DNA of 64,000 nt from Candidatus Entotheonellaceae bacterium (GTDB taxonomy: Bacteria; Tectomicrobia; Entotheonellia; Entotheonellales; Entotheonellaceae), in NCBI GenBank assembly GCA_965238075.1, contig OZ250173.1:2720001-2784000 (forward strand). The letters are read 5' to 3'. Each line of letters starts with the position of its first letter. The first letter of the stretch is position 1. Both the position numbers and the translations under genes were made by a program. The notes beneath the pieces are model-generated. The model saw only the letters and a list, made by a program, of their open reading frames with translations, made no database searches and was not told where the DNA came from. Positions 28,693 through 38,722 of this stretch are shown here, in pieces.

Positions 28693-28757
28693 GGTGGGTT
28701 CTCCTTGGTATGGTACCGTGGCCCTCTTCTGCACGGAGGGCGAGGAATTTTGCTACC

Positions 28758-28800
28758 CCCTCTCCCCACCGCGGGAGAGGGTTGGGGTGAGGGGGAAATC
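28758..28800 (+). repeat. Palindromic REP-like element, copy 2
   Basis: CCCTCTCCCCACCGCGGGAGAGGGTTGGGGTGAGGGGGAAATC. Confidence 0.85.
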
Positions 28801-28908
28801 TAACGAGAGACCCCGCCAAAACAGGCAGCGATTGACGCTTCGGGGCCTCCCCCCTTATGATGACGGCTTCGCATTCACGTTCAAGCCCATTACAAGGAAG
28901 GGAGCCTC

Positions 28909-29196
28909 ATGGCGGCCTATGTTGTTGCGCAAGTCAAAATCACCGATCCCGACACCTTCGCCAAATACAGCCAACAGGTCCCGGCTGTAGTGGAAAAGTT
29001 CGGCGGCAAATATCTGGTTCGGGGCGGCAAAATGGAAATCTTGGAGGGTGAGTGGGACGCCGGCCGGCTCGTCGTGCTGGAATTCCCCTCGATGGACCAC
29101 GTGCACCGGTTCTACAATTCGCCCGAGTACGCGCCGCTTATCAAGCTCCGCCAGCAATCCGCCGACACGATTATGAGCACCGTTGAAGGGGTGTAA
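28909..29196 (+). CDS. DUF1330 family protein
   Basis: MAAYVV..FGGKYLVRGG..LEG.W..VVLEFPS..YNSPEY; candidate promoter TTGACG-N18-TATGAT at 28832-28861. Confidence 0.92.
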   Translation: MAAYVVAQVKITDPDTFAKYSQQVPAVVEKFGGKYLVRGGKMEILEGEWDAGRLVVLEFPSMDHVHRFYNSPEYAPLIKLRQQSADTIMSTVEGV

Positions 29197-29235
29197 GCCC
29201 TTCGAACCTCCTGCGCCACTCCCACTCCGCTATGA

Positions 29236-29285
29236 CGCCCCCGCCTGAAGTGGCCCCGTCGGATCGGGCCGTTCAGATGGGGGCG
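29236..29285. terminator. Long hairpin between convergent genes
   Basis: CGCCCCC.CCTGAA.TGGCCC / GGGCCG.TTCAGA.GGGGGCG. Confidence 0.5.
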
Positions 29286-29293
29286 ACACTTTC

Positions 29294-30046
29294 TTATGAC
29301 AGCCGTGCCAGGGACTCCTGCACGGTTGGCCGCTGCCCCGCCTCGACATCCGTTCTGCGGCGTTCGTGAAACACCGTGAGGATCGTATTGGCGTTTGCCA
29401 GAATGCCGATCTCCTTGCAATAGGCGTCCAGCTTGTCCGCCGGCAGCGCCCACAGGGCCACGTCGTCGGACATGGCATCCAGGTAGGCGCGGGCGCCACA
29501 GCAGCCCAGGCTCATCGCCGCCCGTCCCTGGTTGACCACCTGCGGCACCACGGCGCACGCCGGGCGGCCCATGGCGGCCGGTACGCCCTCGTCAACCCGC
29601 GCCACCGCCTCGCTCAGGATCAACCCCTGTTGCGCGTGCGCGAACAGCAGCACGACTTCCGCCGTCAGCGGGAAATCCGCCAGCGGCCCGTAGACCGCAT
29701 GCTGCGCCTCCCGCTGCAAAACCGGTATCGCTGCCACCTCCTCGGCGCGCACGTAGTCCAGCCCGCTCATGGCTTGTAAGGTCTCCTGTAACTCGCCGGC
29801 ATGCGTTGCCGGTGCCGGTGTCAGGTGATGCGTATGGATGCCGATCGAGCACAGGGCGTGATCCGCCGCCGAGGTCGCAAACGTGCGCGTCGCCGCTTCC
29901 TGCCAAAAGCTGCATCCCGCCGGCACCGTGCCGTCAAAGGCCGCAACGCCCGCAGGCGCAGAATCGCTGAACGCCACGGCAATGGGCGGCAGGGACAGTT
30001 TCAACGAGGTGGTCAACTGGTTGGCAAGCTCCGAATATGTACTCAA
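29294..30046 (-). CDS. DUF169 family protein
   Basis: L.LSLPPIAV, CSFWQ, GRPAC, SLGCCGAR; TTG start after GGAGAAGGA. Confidence 0.85.
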   Translation of the reverse strand: MSTYSELANQLTTSLKLSLPPIAVAFSDSAPAGVAAFDGTVPAGCSFWQEAATRTFATSAADHALCSIGIHTHHLTPAPATHAGELQETLQAMSGLDYVRAEEVAAIPVLQREAQHAVYGPLADFPLTAEVVLLFAHAQQGLILSEAVARVDEGVPAAMGRPACAVVPQVVNQGRAAMSLGCCGARAYLDAMSDDVALWALPADKLDAYCKEIGILANANTILTVFHERRRTDVEAGQRPTVQESLARLS

Positions 30047-30276
30047 GGGTCCTTCTCCTTTTGTTCGTGCAGGATAGCCGCTATGCTTCAGCCGCCTCCG
30101 GCGTGGGGTTGCAAGCTTCTTGAGGGATGCTTTCTCCTGGGCCGGCACGGAATAGAGAGACTCAGTGAAAGAAGTACACCCGATCTACCGGGTACGCGTC
30201 AATGGTAAAAGTCACGGTTGTTTGGTCCAAGGAATCGCCTTGACCGAGGGGAAACGATAGGGAAGGGAGGAGGAAG

Positions 30277-31299
30277 ATGGAACAGGCAGCGTACTCGGTA
30301 GGCGACAAAACGGTTGATGGGTTTCAGGTTTACCTTCTCCAGGAAAGCCAGAAGGCCGTTGCTGAAATTGCGCCTGGGCTTGGCACGAACTGCTACGCTT
30401 TCCGGGTGGCGGATGCAGGACCTGGCTCTGAAGGCGGCAACTGGCTGAACCTGATCGACGCGCCCCCCGATCTCGCCACGTTGCAGGAGCATCCCGACAT
30501 TTTCGGTATTCCGATTCTGTTTCCCTTCCCGAACCGCATCCGAGGCGGCGCGTGGCAATTTGAAGGCAAGACCTACCAGTTTAACAAGCCGCCCGAATCC
30601 CCAACCTCGATCCATGGCCTGTTGCTGAACCGGCCCTACCAGGTGGAAAGCCACACAGCGGACGAAAACGGCGCGACGCTGGTGTGCACCCTCGACTCGC
30701 GCGATTTCGCGGATATCGGACGCCAGTACCCGTTCCCGTTCAAAATCGGGATCACGTACACGCTCAAAGACGCTGTCTTGTCGATGGGTGTTTCGATTCA
30801 AAATACCGGCAACCGGAACATGCCGATGGGATTCGGCATCCATCCCTATTTCCGTGTCAGCTTGTCGCCTGACGCAAACGCCGCCGCGGCGCTGATCAAA
30901 GTTCCTGCCGCAACGTATTGGGAACTGGACGCAGATTCGGTGCCGACCGGCAAACGACTCGCAGCCGCCGGCGCCTTGGATCTGCGAGACGGTAAGGCGT
31001 TTTCTGGCTCGAGCCTCGACCATGTGTATACGGACGTTCAGATGGAGGCGGATGGCGTCAGCTGGTGTGTCATCGAGAACCGGGATACCGGGCACGGTAT
31101 GGTGATGGAATCGGATGCCCAATTCCGCGAACTGGTCGTCTATACGCCCCCGGGCAGGGATGTGATCTGTTTTGAGCCTTACACCTGTCCAACGGACGCC
31201 ATCAACTTAGAGGCGAAAGGCATCCCCGCAGGCGTGATCGTCTTGGCACCGGGTGAAACGTTTTCAGCAACCGTTCGCATCGTGCCCATCCTCCCGTAG
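30277..31299 (+). CDS. Aldose 1-epimerase family protein
   Basis: GIPILFPFPNRI, IHG, GFGIHPYF, LDH, CFEPYTC. Confidence 0.9.
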   Translation: MEQAAYSVGDKTVDGFQVYLLQESQKAVAEIAPGLGTNCYAFRVADAGPGSEGGNWLNLIDAPPDLATLQEHPDIFGIPILFPFPNRIRGGAWQFEGKTYQFNKPPESPTSIHGLLLNRPYQVESHTADENGATLVCTLDSRDFADIGRQYPFPFKIGITYTLKDAVLSMGVSIQNTGNRNMPMGFGIHPYFRVSLSPDANAAAALIKVPAATYWELDADSVPTGKRLAAAGALDLRDGKAFSGSSLDHVYTDVQMEADGVSWCVIENRDTGHGMVMESDAQFRELVVYTPPGRDVICFEPYTCPTDAINLEAKGIPAGVIVLAPGETFSATVRIVPILP

Positions 31300-31364
31300 C
31301 CTACGAACCTGACCCGCAACGGTGGGTAGATTTCAAGGTTAGGAGGCGCTTCGATGAGCAGTGA
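31299..31364 (+). pseudogene. C-terminal remnant of a DUF4258-family toxin
   Basis: AYEPDPQRWVDFKVRRRFDEQ*, overlapping the start of the YgiT-type gene. Confidence 0.65.
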
Positions 31365-31577
31365 GACATGGAAAGAGACGTTTGCGGAAAAAAGGTCACC
31401 TATGTACTTGAGCAGGAGGGGAGGGTCGTCATCGTCGAAAACGTCCCTGCCAGAGTAGGCGTAGAAACTGGAGAGCGATTCTTTGCACCACACACTGTCG
31501 AACGCTTGCAACAAATTGTCTGGGAGCAAAGAAAACCGACGCGTGTGGTCGAGACCCCCGTTTTTGAGTATGCATAG
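31354..31577 (+). pseudogene. YgiT-type (MqsA-like) antitoxin, frameshifted in an A6 run at ~31388-31393
   Basis: AGGAGG-ATG MSSETWKETFAE, then in the shifted frame KKVTYVLE..IVENVPA.V..ETGERFF. Confidence 0.7.
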
Positions 31578-31604
31578 TTCAAAGGTGAAAATGCGGCAGC
31601 CATG

Positions 31605-32936
31605 CTACCGCCCGAACATGGCTGTGGGCAGGAAGGTGCTGATCGGCGGGAACAGAATCAGGATGACCAGCGCTACCAAGGCTAGGAAGAAAAAGGGCAG
31701 GATGCCCCGGAAAATATCGTCCAGGGAGACGTCCTGGCCTTCCGGGATTTGGGTTGCCACGGAGCGCACGGTGTACACGTTCAGCCCGACGGGCGGCGTC
31801 AGCAGGCCGATTTCGATGGCCATGATGACCAGCATGGCGAAGTAGATGGGGTCGATGCCCATCTGCACGATGATCGGGTGCACGACCGGCAGGGTGATGG
31901 ACATCATGGAGATGGAGTCCTGGAACATGCCGAGAAAGAAGTACATGGCCAGAAACATCACGACGACCGCCATCGGCGGGATACCGGCGTTGGTGACCCA
32001 GGAAACGAAGGCGTTCGGCAGCCCGGTGAACACCAGGAAGCGGGCGAATATCATGGCGCCGATGAGGATGAAGAACACCAGCGCGGTGGTCTGTGCCGCC
32101 TCGTTCAACGCCGCCGCGAAGTTGCGCCATGTCAGGCCGCCTGACAGCAGGGCCAGGATCAGCGCCCCCAAGGCCCCGGCAGCGCCGGCCTCGGTGGGGG
32201 TGAAGACGCCGGTGTACATGCCGAGAATGATCCCCGCTACCAGGACGATGATACCCCACACGCCGCCGAGCGATTTCAGCCGCTCAGCCCACGAAACCAC
32301 CACCTCGGAACGCGGCGCTAACTGGGGCCGCATCAGCGCCGACACCACGATCCCCAGCGTGAAGATCACCGTCAGCACGGCGCCGGGCCCCACCCCGGCG
32401 ATCAGCAGAATGCCGATCGACTGCTCGGTCAGGATGCCGTAGATCACCATCAGCGCGCTGGGCGGAATGAGCATGCCCAGCATGCCCGCCGCTGCGATTG
32501 TGCCGCAGGCGAAGCGTTTGTCGTACGCCCGCTTGCGCATTTCCGGCAGGCTGATGCGGGTGAACACCGCGCAGGCCACCACGCTGGAGCCGGTGCAGGC
32601 GCCGAACAGGGCGTTGGCCCACGTCGTGGCGATGGCCAGGCCGCCCGGCAGCCGACCGACCCATTTGTACGCCGCGTCGAACGCCCGGCTGCTCATCCCG
32701 GCGTGCGTGGCGAACAGCCCCATGAGGATGAACAGGGGCAGAACGGTGAAGGCGAACGAGGCAGTGGTGGCATACGGTGTCGTGGTCAGCAGCCCCAGGC
32801 CGAACTTGATACTGCCGGTCATGCAGATGATGCCAACGAAACCCACCACGGCGAGCGACAACCCGACGTGAATCCCCAGCGCCAGCAGCACCAGCACCGC
32901 GACGAAGCCGACGATTCCCCACACCATTGGATCCAC
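31605..32936 (-). CDS. dctM: TRAP transporter large permease
   Basis: LPLFILMG, TGSSV, LIPPS, FTPTEAG, TPPVGLNVY. Confidence 0.93.
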   Translation of the reverse strand: MDPMVWGIVGFVAVLVLLALGIHVGLSLAVVGFVGIICMTGSIKFGLGLLTTTPYATTASFAFTVLPLFILMGLFATHAGMSSRAFDAAYKWVGRLPGGLAIATTWANALFGACTGSSVVACAVFTRISLPEMRKRAYDKRFACGTIAAAGMLGMLIPPSALMVIYGILTEQSIGILLIAGVGPGAVLTVIFTLGIVVSALMRPQLAPRSEVVVSWAERLKSLGGVWGIIVLVAGIILGMYTGVFTPTEAGAAGALGALILALLSGGLTWRNFAAALNEAAQTTALVFFILIGAMIFARFLVFTGLPNAFVSWVTNAGIPPMAVVVMFLAMYFFLGMFQDSISMMSITLPVVHPIIVQMGIDPIYFAMLVIMAIEIGLLTPPVGLNVYTVRSVATQIPEGQDVSLDDIFRGILPFFFLALVALVILILFPPISTFLPTAMFGR

Positions 32937-32946
32937 GCCGTGCTCC

Positions 32947-33450
32947 CTATGGTTGCTTTTTGAGGTCTTGGAGCCGCCGCGCTATGTCGGCGACAAATTG
33001 CAGGCACAGAACAGCCGCGCCGAGGGGCACGACGAACTGCGACGGATAGCGGGGAATGTTGATCAGCCCGGCGACGTAATCGCCCACCAGCCACGAGGTC
33101 CAGGCCCACCCGAAGCCGCGCCACAGGATGGTGGCGTACACCATGATGCCGAGGCAGTAGGCCAGGATGTCCAGACAGATGCGGGCGCGCGGCGGCAGGC
33201 GCAGGGTGACAAATTCGACGCGGATGTGGGCGCCCGTTCGCTGCGTCGAGGCGAGGGCAAGGAAGACGATGAACACCAGCATGAAGGAGGCGACTTCGTA
33301 AGTCATGGGCACCGGGCTGTTGAACAAATAACGCCCGGTGATGTCGGCCGCCACCAGTACCATCAGCAGGAGTACGGAGGCTGCCGACACCGCGTTGGCG
33401 GCGGCAACCAGCCATCCCAGCGCCCGGTCGAGCCGCGATACGTCCTGCAT
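32947..33450 (-). CDS. dctQ: TRAP transporter small permease
   Basis: DITGRYLFNSP, HIRVE, four TMs. Confidence 0.9.
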   Translation of the reverse strand: MQDVSRLDRALGWLVAAANAVSAASVLLLMVLVAADITGRYLFNSPVPMTYEVASFMLVFIVFLALASTQRTGAHIRVEFVTLRLPPRARICLDILAYCLGIMVYATILWRGFGWAWTSWLVGDYVAGLINIPRYPSQFVVPLGAAVLCLQFVADIARRLQDLKKQP

Positions 33451-33469
33451 GGCAGCCTCCTTCGTGGCG

Positions 33470-34537
33470 TCAGCGAAAATCTGCCGCCCACTTGCGGGGG
33501 AACTGGTGTCCCATGGACTCCAGCAACTCCAGATAGCGCACCATTACCGCCTTGCCGGCCCGCCGCTTGCCCTCCATTTCCTCAATCCAGGTGCCAGGAA
33601 TGTCGGACAGGGCGTTGGACCATTTCACTTTCTCGTCGAACGGCATCTCGTGGAAGATCACGCCGGCTGCCTCGAACCCAGCCTTGGCCTCTTCGCGCCG
33701 GATGCGGATCAGGTCAGCGTTGCGCGCCACGGCTTCCTTGCCCACCTCCATCATCAGCGTCTGCAAGTCTTCCGGCAGGCTGTTCCAGAACGTCGTGTTG
33801 ATGGTGATCAGAATGGGCATGGCGGCGCCCATGTCGATCCACGTGGCGTGCTTGTTGAAGTCCTGGTACTTGTAGGCGAAGGAGATGTCCCAGGGTAGGA
33901 ACTCGGCCTCGACGACGCCTGTTTGCAGGGCCATATAGCGCTCGGCAACCGGCATGTGAATGGCCAGGGCACCGGCGCTGTTGAGGATTTTCGGGTGGTA
34001 GGCGCCGATGGAGGCGATCTTGACGCCATCCAGGTCGTCGAAGGTGACCAGGGGCCGCCTGGAGGTGAGGTTGTAGGTGTCGATGACCAGCGGGAAGAGA
34101 AGTTTCTGATTGTACTGCTCGATCTCGGCCTTGAGTTCCGGCACCTCCTCGAACATGCGTTGACAGGCGTCGAGGATCATCTTGGGGTCGCCCGGACCGA
34201 AGGGTACCGCGTAGGTCCAATTGACGAGCGGCAGCTTGCCGGCGTAGTAGGGCGCGGCGATGCTGCCCACCTCCACCAGCCCGATCTCGACGGCTTCCAG
34301 CTCCTCGCCGGCCTTGGTGAGGGCGCCCGCCCAGAAGAACTCCCAACTGATGCGGCCCTCGCTGCGCCGGGCGACCTCGTCGGCCCACCACTTGGCCGTT
34401 TCGCTCACCAGAAACGGCGGCGGCGCGATTGGCGACGTGAACTTCAGCCGCAACGTCTGCGAGACGACAGGGGCGGCGTACAACAGGGACAGGGTTACAA
34501 GGATGCCGATAGTCTTCATCAAACGGTTCGTACCCAT
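33470..34537 (-). CDS. dctP: TRAP transporter solute-binding protein
   Basis: Signal peptide, SEGRI, ALQTGVV, WNSLPEDLQ. Confidence 0.9.
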   Translation of the reverse strand: MGTNRLMKTIGILVTLSLLYAAPVVSQTLRLKFTSPIAPPPFLVSETAKWWADEVARRSEGRISWEFFWAGALTKAGEELEAVEIGLVEVGSIAAPYYAGKLPLVNWTYAVPFGPGDPKMILDACQRMFEEVPELKAEIEQYNQKLLFPLVIDTYNLTSRRPLVTFDDLDGVKIASIGAYHPKILNSAGALAIHMPVAERYMALQTGVVEAEFLPWDISFAYKYQDFNKHATWIDMGAAMPILITINTTFWNSLPEDLQTLMMEVGKEAVARNADLIRIRREEAKAGFEAAGVIFHEMPFDEKVKWSNALSDIPGTWIEEMEGKRRAGKAVMVRYLELLESMGHQFPRKWAADFR

Positions 34538-34699
34538 CTCGTGTGATCTCCTTAACCCGGCCAAGCCGACGGGGACGTCCAAGGGTGGTAAACGCCGCGC
34601 ATCATAGCACAGCCCGACGTGCAGACCAGTTCGACCGAGGTTTCTGGAATTCCTGAAGGACCAATTGCTTGAATACCTTGAATACATAGATTTCATACG

Positions 34700-34965
34700 C
34701 CGTTAGGCGTCGTATCCGGTCATCCGTGGCTTCGGCGACGTACGTCATGCCGTTGCGCCAAGCGCTGAAGCGGAAGAGGTGAGCGTGCGCTGCTGTTCGG
34801 CTCGCTGCAGCGAGCCGACGCCGTTCCCGGCAGCGACGCCGACGTGCTGCTGGTGCTGCGCACGACCGATCTGCCGTTTTCCGAACGCGCCGCCGTGTAT
34901 CGGCCCGAGGGCGTTGGCATCCCTGTCGGTCTCCTCAGCCTATACGCGCGCTATACGCGCGTCGA
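34700..34965 (+). pseudogene. Degenerate minimal nucleotidyltransferase (MNT) domain
   Basis: ALLFGSLQRADAVPGSDADVLLVL (GS..DxD motif); 5' end frameshifted; 11-bp tandem duplication at 34940-34961. Confidence 0.7.
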
Positions 34966-35043
34966 ATTTTGGATAACATGCTGGCCGCCGGCAACCGCTT
35001 TGTCAGCCGGACACTGGCGCAGGGCAGGGACCTGCTTTGAGCT

Positions 35044-35796
35044 TTACCCACGCCCGACAAACGGCATCTTCGTCGCCATCACCGTGATGAACTGCACGTT
35101 GGCGTCCAGCGGCAACCCGGCCATGTATACCACGGCGTCGGCCACGTGCGCGGCATTCATCGTCGGCTCCACCATCACCTCGCCGTGCGCCTGCAGCGCC
35201 CCGCCCTGCATGCGCTGGGTCATCTCGGTGGCGGCGTTGCCGATGTCGATTTGACCGCACGCGATGTTGTACTTGCGCCCGTCCAGCGAGGTGGCCTTGG
35301 TGAGACCCGTCATGGCGTGCTTGGTGGACGTGTACGGCGCCGAGTTGGGCCGCGGCGTGGTGGCCGAAATCGAGCCGTTGTTGATAATGCGCCCGCCCAT
35401 GGGGTCCTGGGCCTTCATCAATTTGAACGCCTCCTGGGTGCACAGAAAGGCGCCGGTCAGGTTGATGTCCACCACGGTTTTCCACTGCTCGTAGGTGAGG
35501 TCTTCCAGCGGTATGGGTGGCGCGCCGGTGCCGGCGTTGTTGAACAGCACGTCCAGGCGTCCGAACGCCTCCTTGGTCTTGGTAAACAACGCCCGAATCG
35601 AGTCCGGATCGCTTACGTCGGTGGGAACCGCCAGCGCCCGCGAGCCCGCCTCGCCGGCTGCTTTCACCGTCTCCTCCAGGCGCTCGGCCCGCCGTCCGGC
35701 CAGCGCCACCGCGTATCCCGCCCGCAGCAACGCCAGCGCCGTTTCCCGGCCGATACCGCTCCCCGCGCCCGTAATGATCGCCACCTTGTCACTCAT
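35044..35796 (-). CDS. SDR family oxidoreductase
   Basis: [17 protein letters not shown]. Confidence 0.93.
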   Translation of the reverse strand: MSDKVAIITGAGSGIGRETALALLRAGYAVALAGRRAERLEETVKAAGEAGSRALAVPTDVSDPDSIRALFTKTKEAFGRLDVLFNNAGTGAPPIPLEDLTYEQWKTVVDINLTGAFLCTQEAFKLMKAQDPMGGRIINNGSISATTPRPNSAPYTSTKHAMTGLTKATSLDGRKYNIACGQIDIGNAATEMTQRMQGGALQAHGEVMVEPTMNAAHVADAVVYMAGLPLDANVQFITVMATKMPFVGRG

Positions 35797-36068
35797 CTCT
35801 TACGTCTCCTTCGTTCGTTATCTGCGATGAATGTTTCCTAAACCCGGCGCCCGCGACCTATGCCCCAGCCCCGGCTTCAACCAGTTTAGGCTATCGAATG
35901 CGACTCGTTTGCGCCAGCGGAATTGCGGCCCGGTTTTTCGCTTGACCCGACGCTGCTCCGCCTGCATATTAGCGCGTGGTTTCCAAGACATACGGGCTTC
36001 ACAGCCGAGGCAAGAATCCATGCCGTTCGGTCCGGCGCGGGCCATGCGGCAACAAGGAGGAAGGCGAC

Positions 36069-37325
36069 ATGATACGAACGGGTTCGATAGTGTGCGGGAT
36101 GCTGGCGCTGGTCGTGTTGCTGAGCGCCGGCACGGTCCTGGGCGACACAACGGACGTCAAGACCTTGTCAACGGTGGTGATCGAGAAGAGCGGTGCCCAC
36201 TGCCAGGACGATCCCAGTTGCTTCAATCGCTACCATCCGGCCATCAAACCGGCGGCACGGGCCAAACCGGGCCAGCAGATCGTTTTCGCAACGCGGGACG
36301 CCCTGGATACCGACCTGAATTTCGAGTCCACCGCCGATGACATGGCGGCGCTTGACCTGAATCTCGTCCATCCCATGACCGGCCCCGCTTACATCGAAGG
36401 CGCCGAACGCGGCGACGTGCTGGCCGTGACGCTGGTGGACATCGCGCCCGATCAGTACGGCTACACCCTTATCGTGCCCGGCTTCGGGTTCCTGCGGGAC
36501 AAATTTCCCGATCCGTTCATCGCCAACTGGCGTTTGACCCGGCTGGAAGCGACCTCCCCGCAGATCCCCGGCGTGGCGGTGCCGTTCAACGGCTTTATGG
36601 GCTCGGTCGGCGTGCTGCCCGGTGAGCCCGAAATCGAGATGATCCTAGCACGCGAGGGCGAGCTCGCCGAGGCCGGCGGCATCGCGCTGATGCCGCAGCC
36701 GACCGGCGCCCTGCCGGCGGACGTCTGCGGCCCAGAGGGAACGCACAAGGATACCTGTCTGCGCACCATCCCGCCGCGCGAGAACGGCGGCAATATGGAC
36801 ATCAAGCAGATTCAGGTCGGCACCACGCTGCTGCTGCCGTGCTTCGTGGATGGCTGCGGCCTGTTCGTCGGCGACGTGCATTACGCGCAGGGCGACGGCG
36901 AAGTGTCCGGCACCGCCATCGAAATGGGCGCCCGCGTGACCGTGGTCACGGAAATCCGCAAAGGCATGGCCGCTTCCGTTTCGATGCCGCACTACGAGGG
37001 CGGCGCGCAACTCAAGGCTATCGAGCCCTCCTCGTTCTATGCCACTACCGGCATCCCGATAAAGGCCGCCGGCGAGGTGCCGATCTACGAGACCTACCTC
37101 GACAGCCAGAAGATCGCCGCGCTGAGCAACTTGTCGGAGAACCTGACGCTGGCGGCGCGCAACGCCCTGCTCGGAATCATCGACTACATGGTCGAACAGA
37201 AGGGTTTCACGGCGCAGCAGGCGTACATCATCTCCAGCGTGGCCGTCGATCTGCGCATCGGCCAGTTGGTTGACGTGCCGAACTACACGGTGTCGGCCAT
37301 CCTGCCGCTGGACATCTTCAAGTAA
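36069..37325 (+). CDS. Acetamidase/formamidase family protein with an N-terminal signal peptide
   Basis: HPMTGP, RTIPPRENGGNMD, GDVHYAQGDGEVSGTAIE, VDVPN. Confidence 0.9.
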   Translation: MIRTGSIVCGMLALVVLLSAGTVLGDTTDVKTLSTVVIEKSGAHCQDDPSCFNRYHPAIKPAARAKPGQQIVFATRDALDTDLNFESTADDMAALDLNLVHPMTGPAYIEGAERGDVLAVTLVDIAPDQYGYTLIVPGFGFLRDKFPDPFIANWRLTRLEATSPQIPGVAVPFNGFMGSVGVLPGEPEIEMILAREGELAEAGGIALMPQPTGALPADVCGPEGTHKDTCLRTIPPRENGGNMDIKQIQVGTTLLLPCFVDGCGLFVGDVHYAQGDGEVSGTAIEMGARVTVVTEIRKGMAASVSMPHYEGGAQLKAIEPSSFYATTGIPIKAAGEVPIYETYLDSQKIAALSNLSENLTLAARNALLGIIDYMVEQKGFTAQQAYIISSVAVDLRIGQLVDVPNYTVSAILPLDIFK

Positions 37326-37421
37326 ACCCAGGGATCGCACGGCAAGGCGTGCGGTCCGAAAACGCGGGCCGGGTGCGAGGTTTCACGCCTCCCGCCCGGC
37401 CCGTGTTGTTTGTGAGGCGAT

Positions 37422-37988
37422 ATGAGGCGGAGACAGTTTTTGCACGCCGCACTCATCAGCGCGCTGGGGCTGGTGAGCAGCGGGCACACGCCCTACCGGC
37501 AATGGATGGTCTACCGGCAGCGGCACCTGCTGATTCTTACGGATCGCAGCGACCCGCCGTCCTATCCCCTGGGTAAACTGGTCGCCGCCGTTTTGGCAAC
37601 CCACCTGCCTGCCAGCAAGGCGAGGGTGACCCGCGCCCCGCACACCGAACGCATCGCCAGCCTTATCAGCAGCAAGCAACTCGACGTGGCCCTGATGTCG
37701 CCGCCTGACGCGGTCGCACTGGCCGCCGGGCTGCCGCCGTTCGAGGCATATGGGCCCGTCGCCCTGCGCACCCTCATCGCCCTCGACGGCTACCTGCTGG
37801 TTTGCCGCGATGACTTTCCCGCCCGTCACGCCTACGCCGTGACCAGCACCCTGGACCTGCACCGCGACGAGTTGCCGCAGGCCGCCGCAGCCAGTGCGGA
37901 GCCGCCCGCCATCCCCCTGCATCCCGGCGCGCTTGCTTATTTTGAGGGCATACCACCGTCTGCCGAGGAAGTGGAGGAGAAACACTGA
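37422..37988 (+). CDS. Exported hypothetical protein with a TAXI-receptor-like C-terminus
   Basis: MRRRQFL Tat-like start; IPLHPGALAYF end motif. Confidence 0.65.
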   Translation: MRRRQFLHAALISALGLVSSGHTPYRQWMVYRQRHLLILTDRSDPPSYPLGKLVAAVLATHLPASKARVTRAPHTERIASLISSKQLDVALMSPPDAVALAAGLPPFEAYGPVALRTLIALDGYLLVCRDDFPARHAYAVTSTLDLHRDELPQAAAASAEPPAIPLHPGALAYFEGIPPSAEEVEEKH

Positions 37989-38054
37989 TGCCTGACGCCA
38001 CCCCTGCGCCTAGTGACGTTATGGCGACTGGGAGGCGATAAGGAGCATGGGAAC

Positions 38055-38206
38055 ATGAAACGCAGTTGCGTCGTCACAGCCATATGGGACGCAGACGCGA
38101 GAGTTTTTTTACTCGGAAAGCGACATCAAAGGGTTGCACGTCGAGGCGGATACGCTGGAAGCGTTTGAAGCCTTGGTCGCTGATCTGGGCAAGCTGATGC
38201 AAAAGG
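38055..38206 (+). pseudogene. DUF1902 (HicB-like antitoxin) remnant
   Basis: MKRSCVVTAIWDADARVF / YSESDIKGLHVEADTLEAFEALV; one extra T in the T7 run at 38104-38110; 3' end abuts yoeB. Confidence 0.7.
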
Positions 38207-38461
38207 TCAGTAGTGGTAGCGAAGCTGCGCGATGAGTAGTGCGTCAGCTTCAACTTTATAGACCATCCGATGCTCATCGGTGATGCGCCGCGACCAATAC
38301 CCAGCCATGCCATGTTTCAACGGCTCCGGCTTGCCCATGCCTGCAAAGGCTGCCCTTTGGCAATCCTTGATAAGCCTATTGATGCGTTGGAGGATTTTCC
38401 GGTCTGTACGTTGCCAATACAAATAGTCGTCCCAGGCATGCTGGGAGAAAATCAGCTTCAC
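38207..38461 (-). CDS. yoeB: Txe/YoeB family toxin
   Basis: AWDDYLYWQ, GKPEPLKH..GYWSRRITDEHR.VY, RYHY. Confidence 0.96.
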   Translation of the reverse strand: MKLIFSQHAWDDYLYWQRTDRKILQRINRLIKDCQRAAFAGMGKPEPLKHGMAGYWSRRITDEHRMVYKVEADALLIAQLRYHY

Positions 38462-38709
38462 TCCAGCAGTTCCCGCTTTGTCCCACCGCCGGCTGCCAGC
38501 TCGGCGATGGACTCGAGGAGGCGGCGTGCATTTTTCGGACTGCGGAGGAGGTAGGCGGTTTCCTCAAGCGCCTGATAGTCTTCAAGAGAGATCATGACGA
38601 CGGAGTCCCGATTTTTACGGGTGATGATGACCGGGGCATGATCATCGCAGACCTTTTCCATGGTTTCCGCAAGGTGATTCCGGGCGTGTGTGTAAGGTAT
38701 CGCGTTCAT
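38458..38709 (-). CDS. yefM: Phd/YefM family antitoxin
   Basis: YTHARNHLA..DDHAPVIITR..EETAYLLRSPKNARRL; GTGA overlap with yoeB. Confidence 0.96.
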   Translation of the reverse strand: MNAIPYTHARNHLAETMEKVCDDHAPVIITRKNRDSVVMISLEDYQALEETAYLLRSPKNARRLLESIAELAAGGGTKRELLE

Positions 38710-38722
38710 CTGGTGTCCCTCA

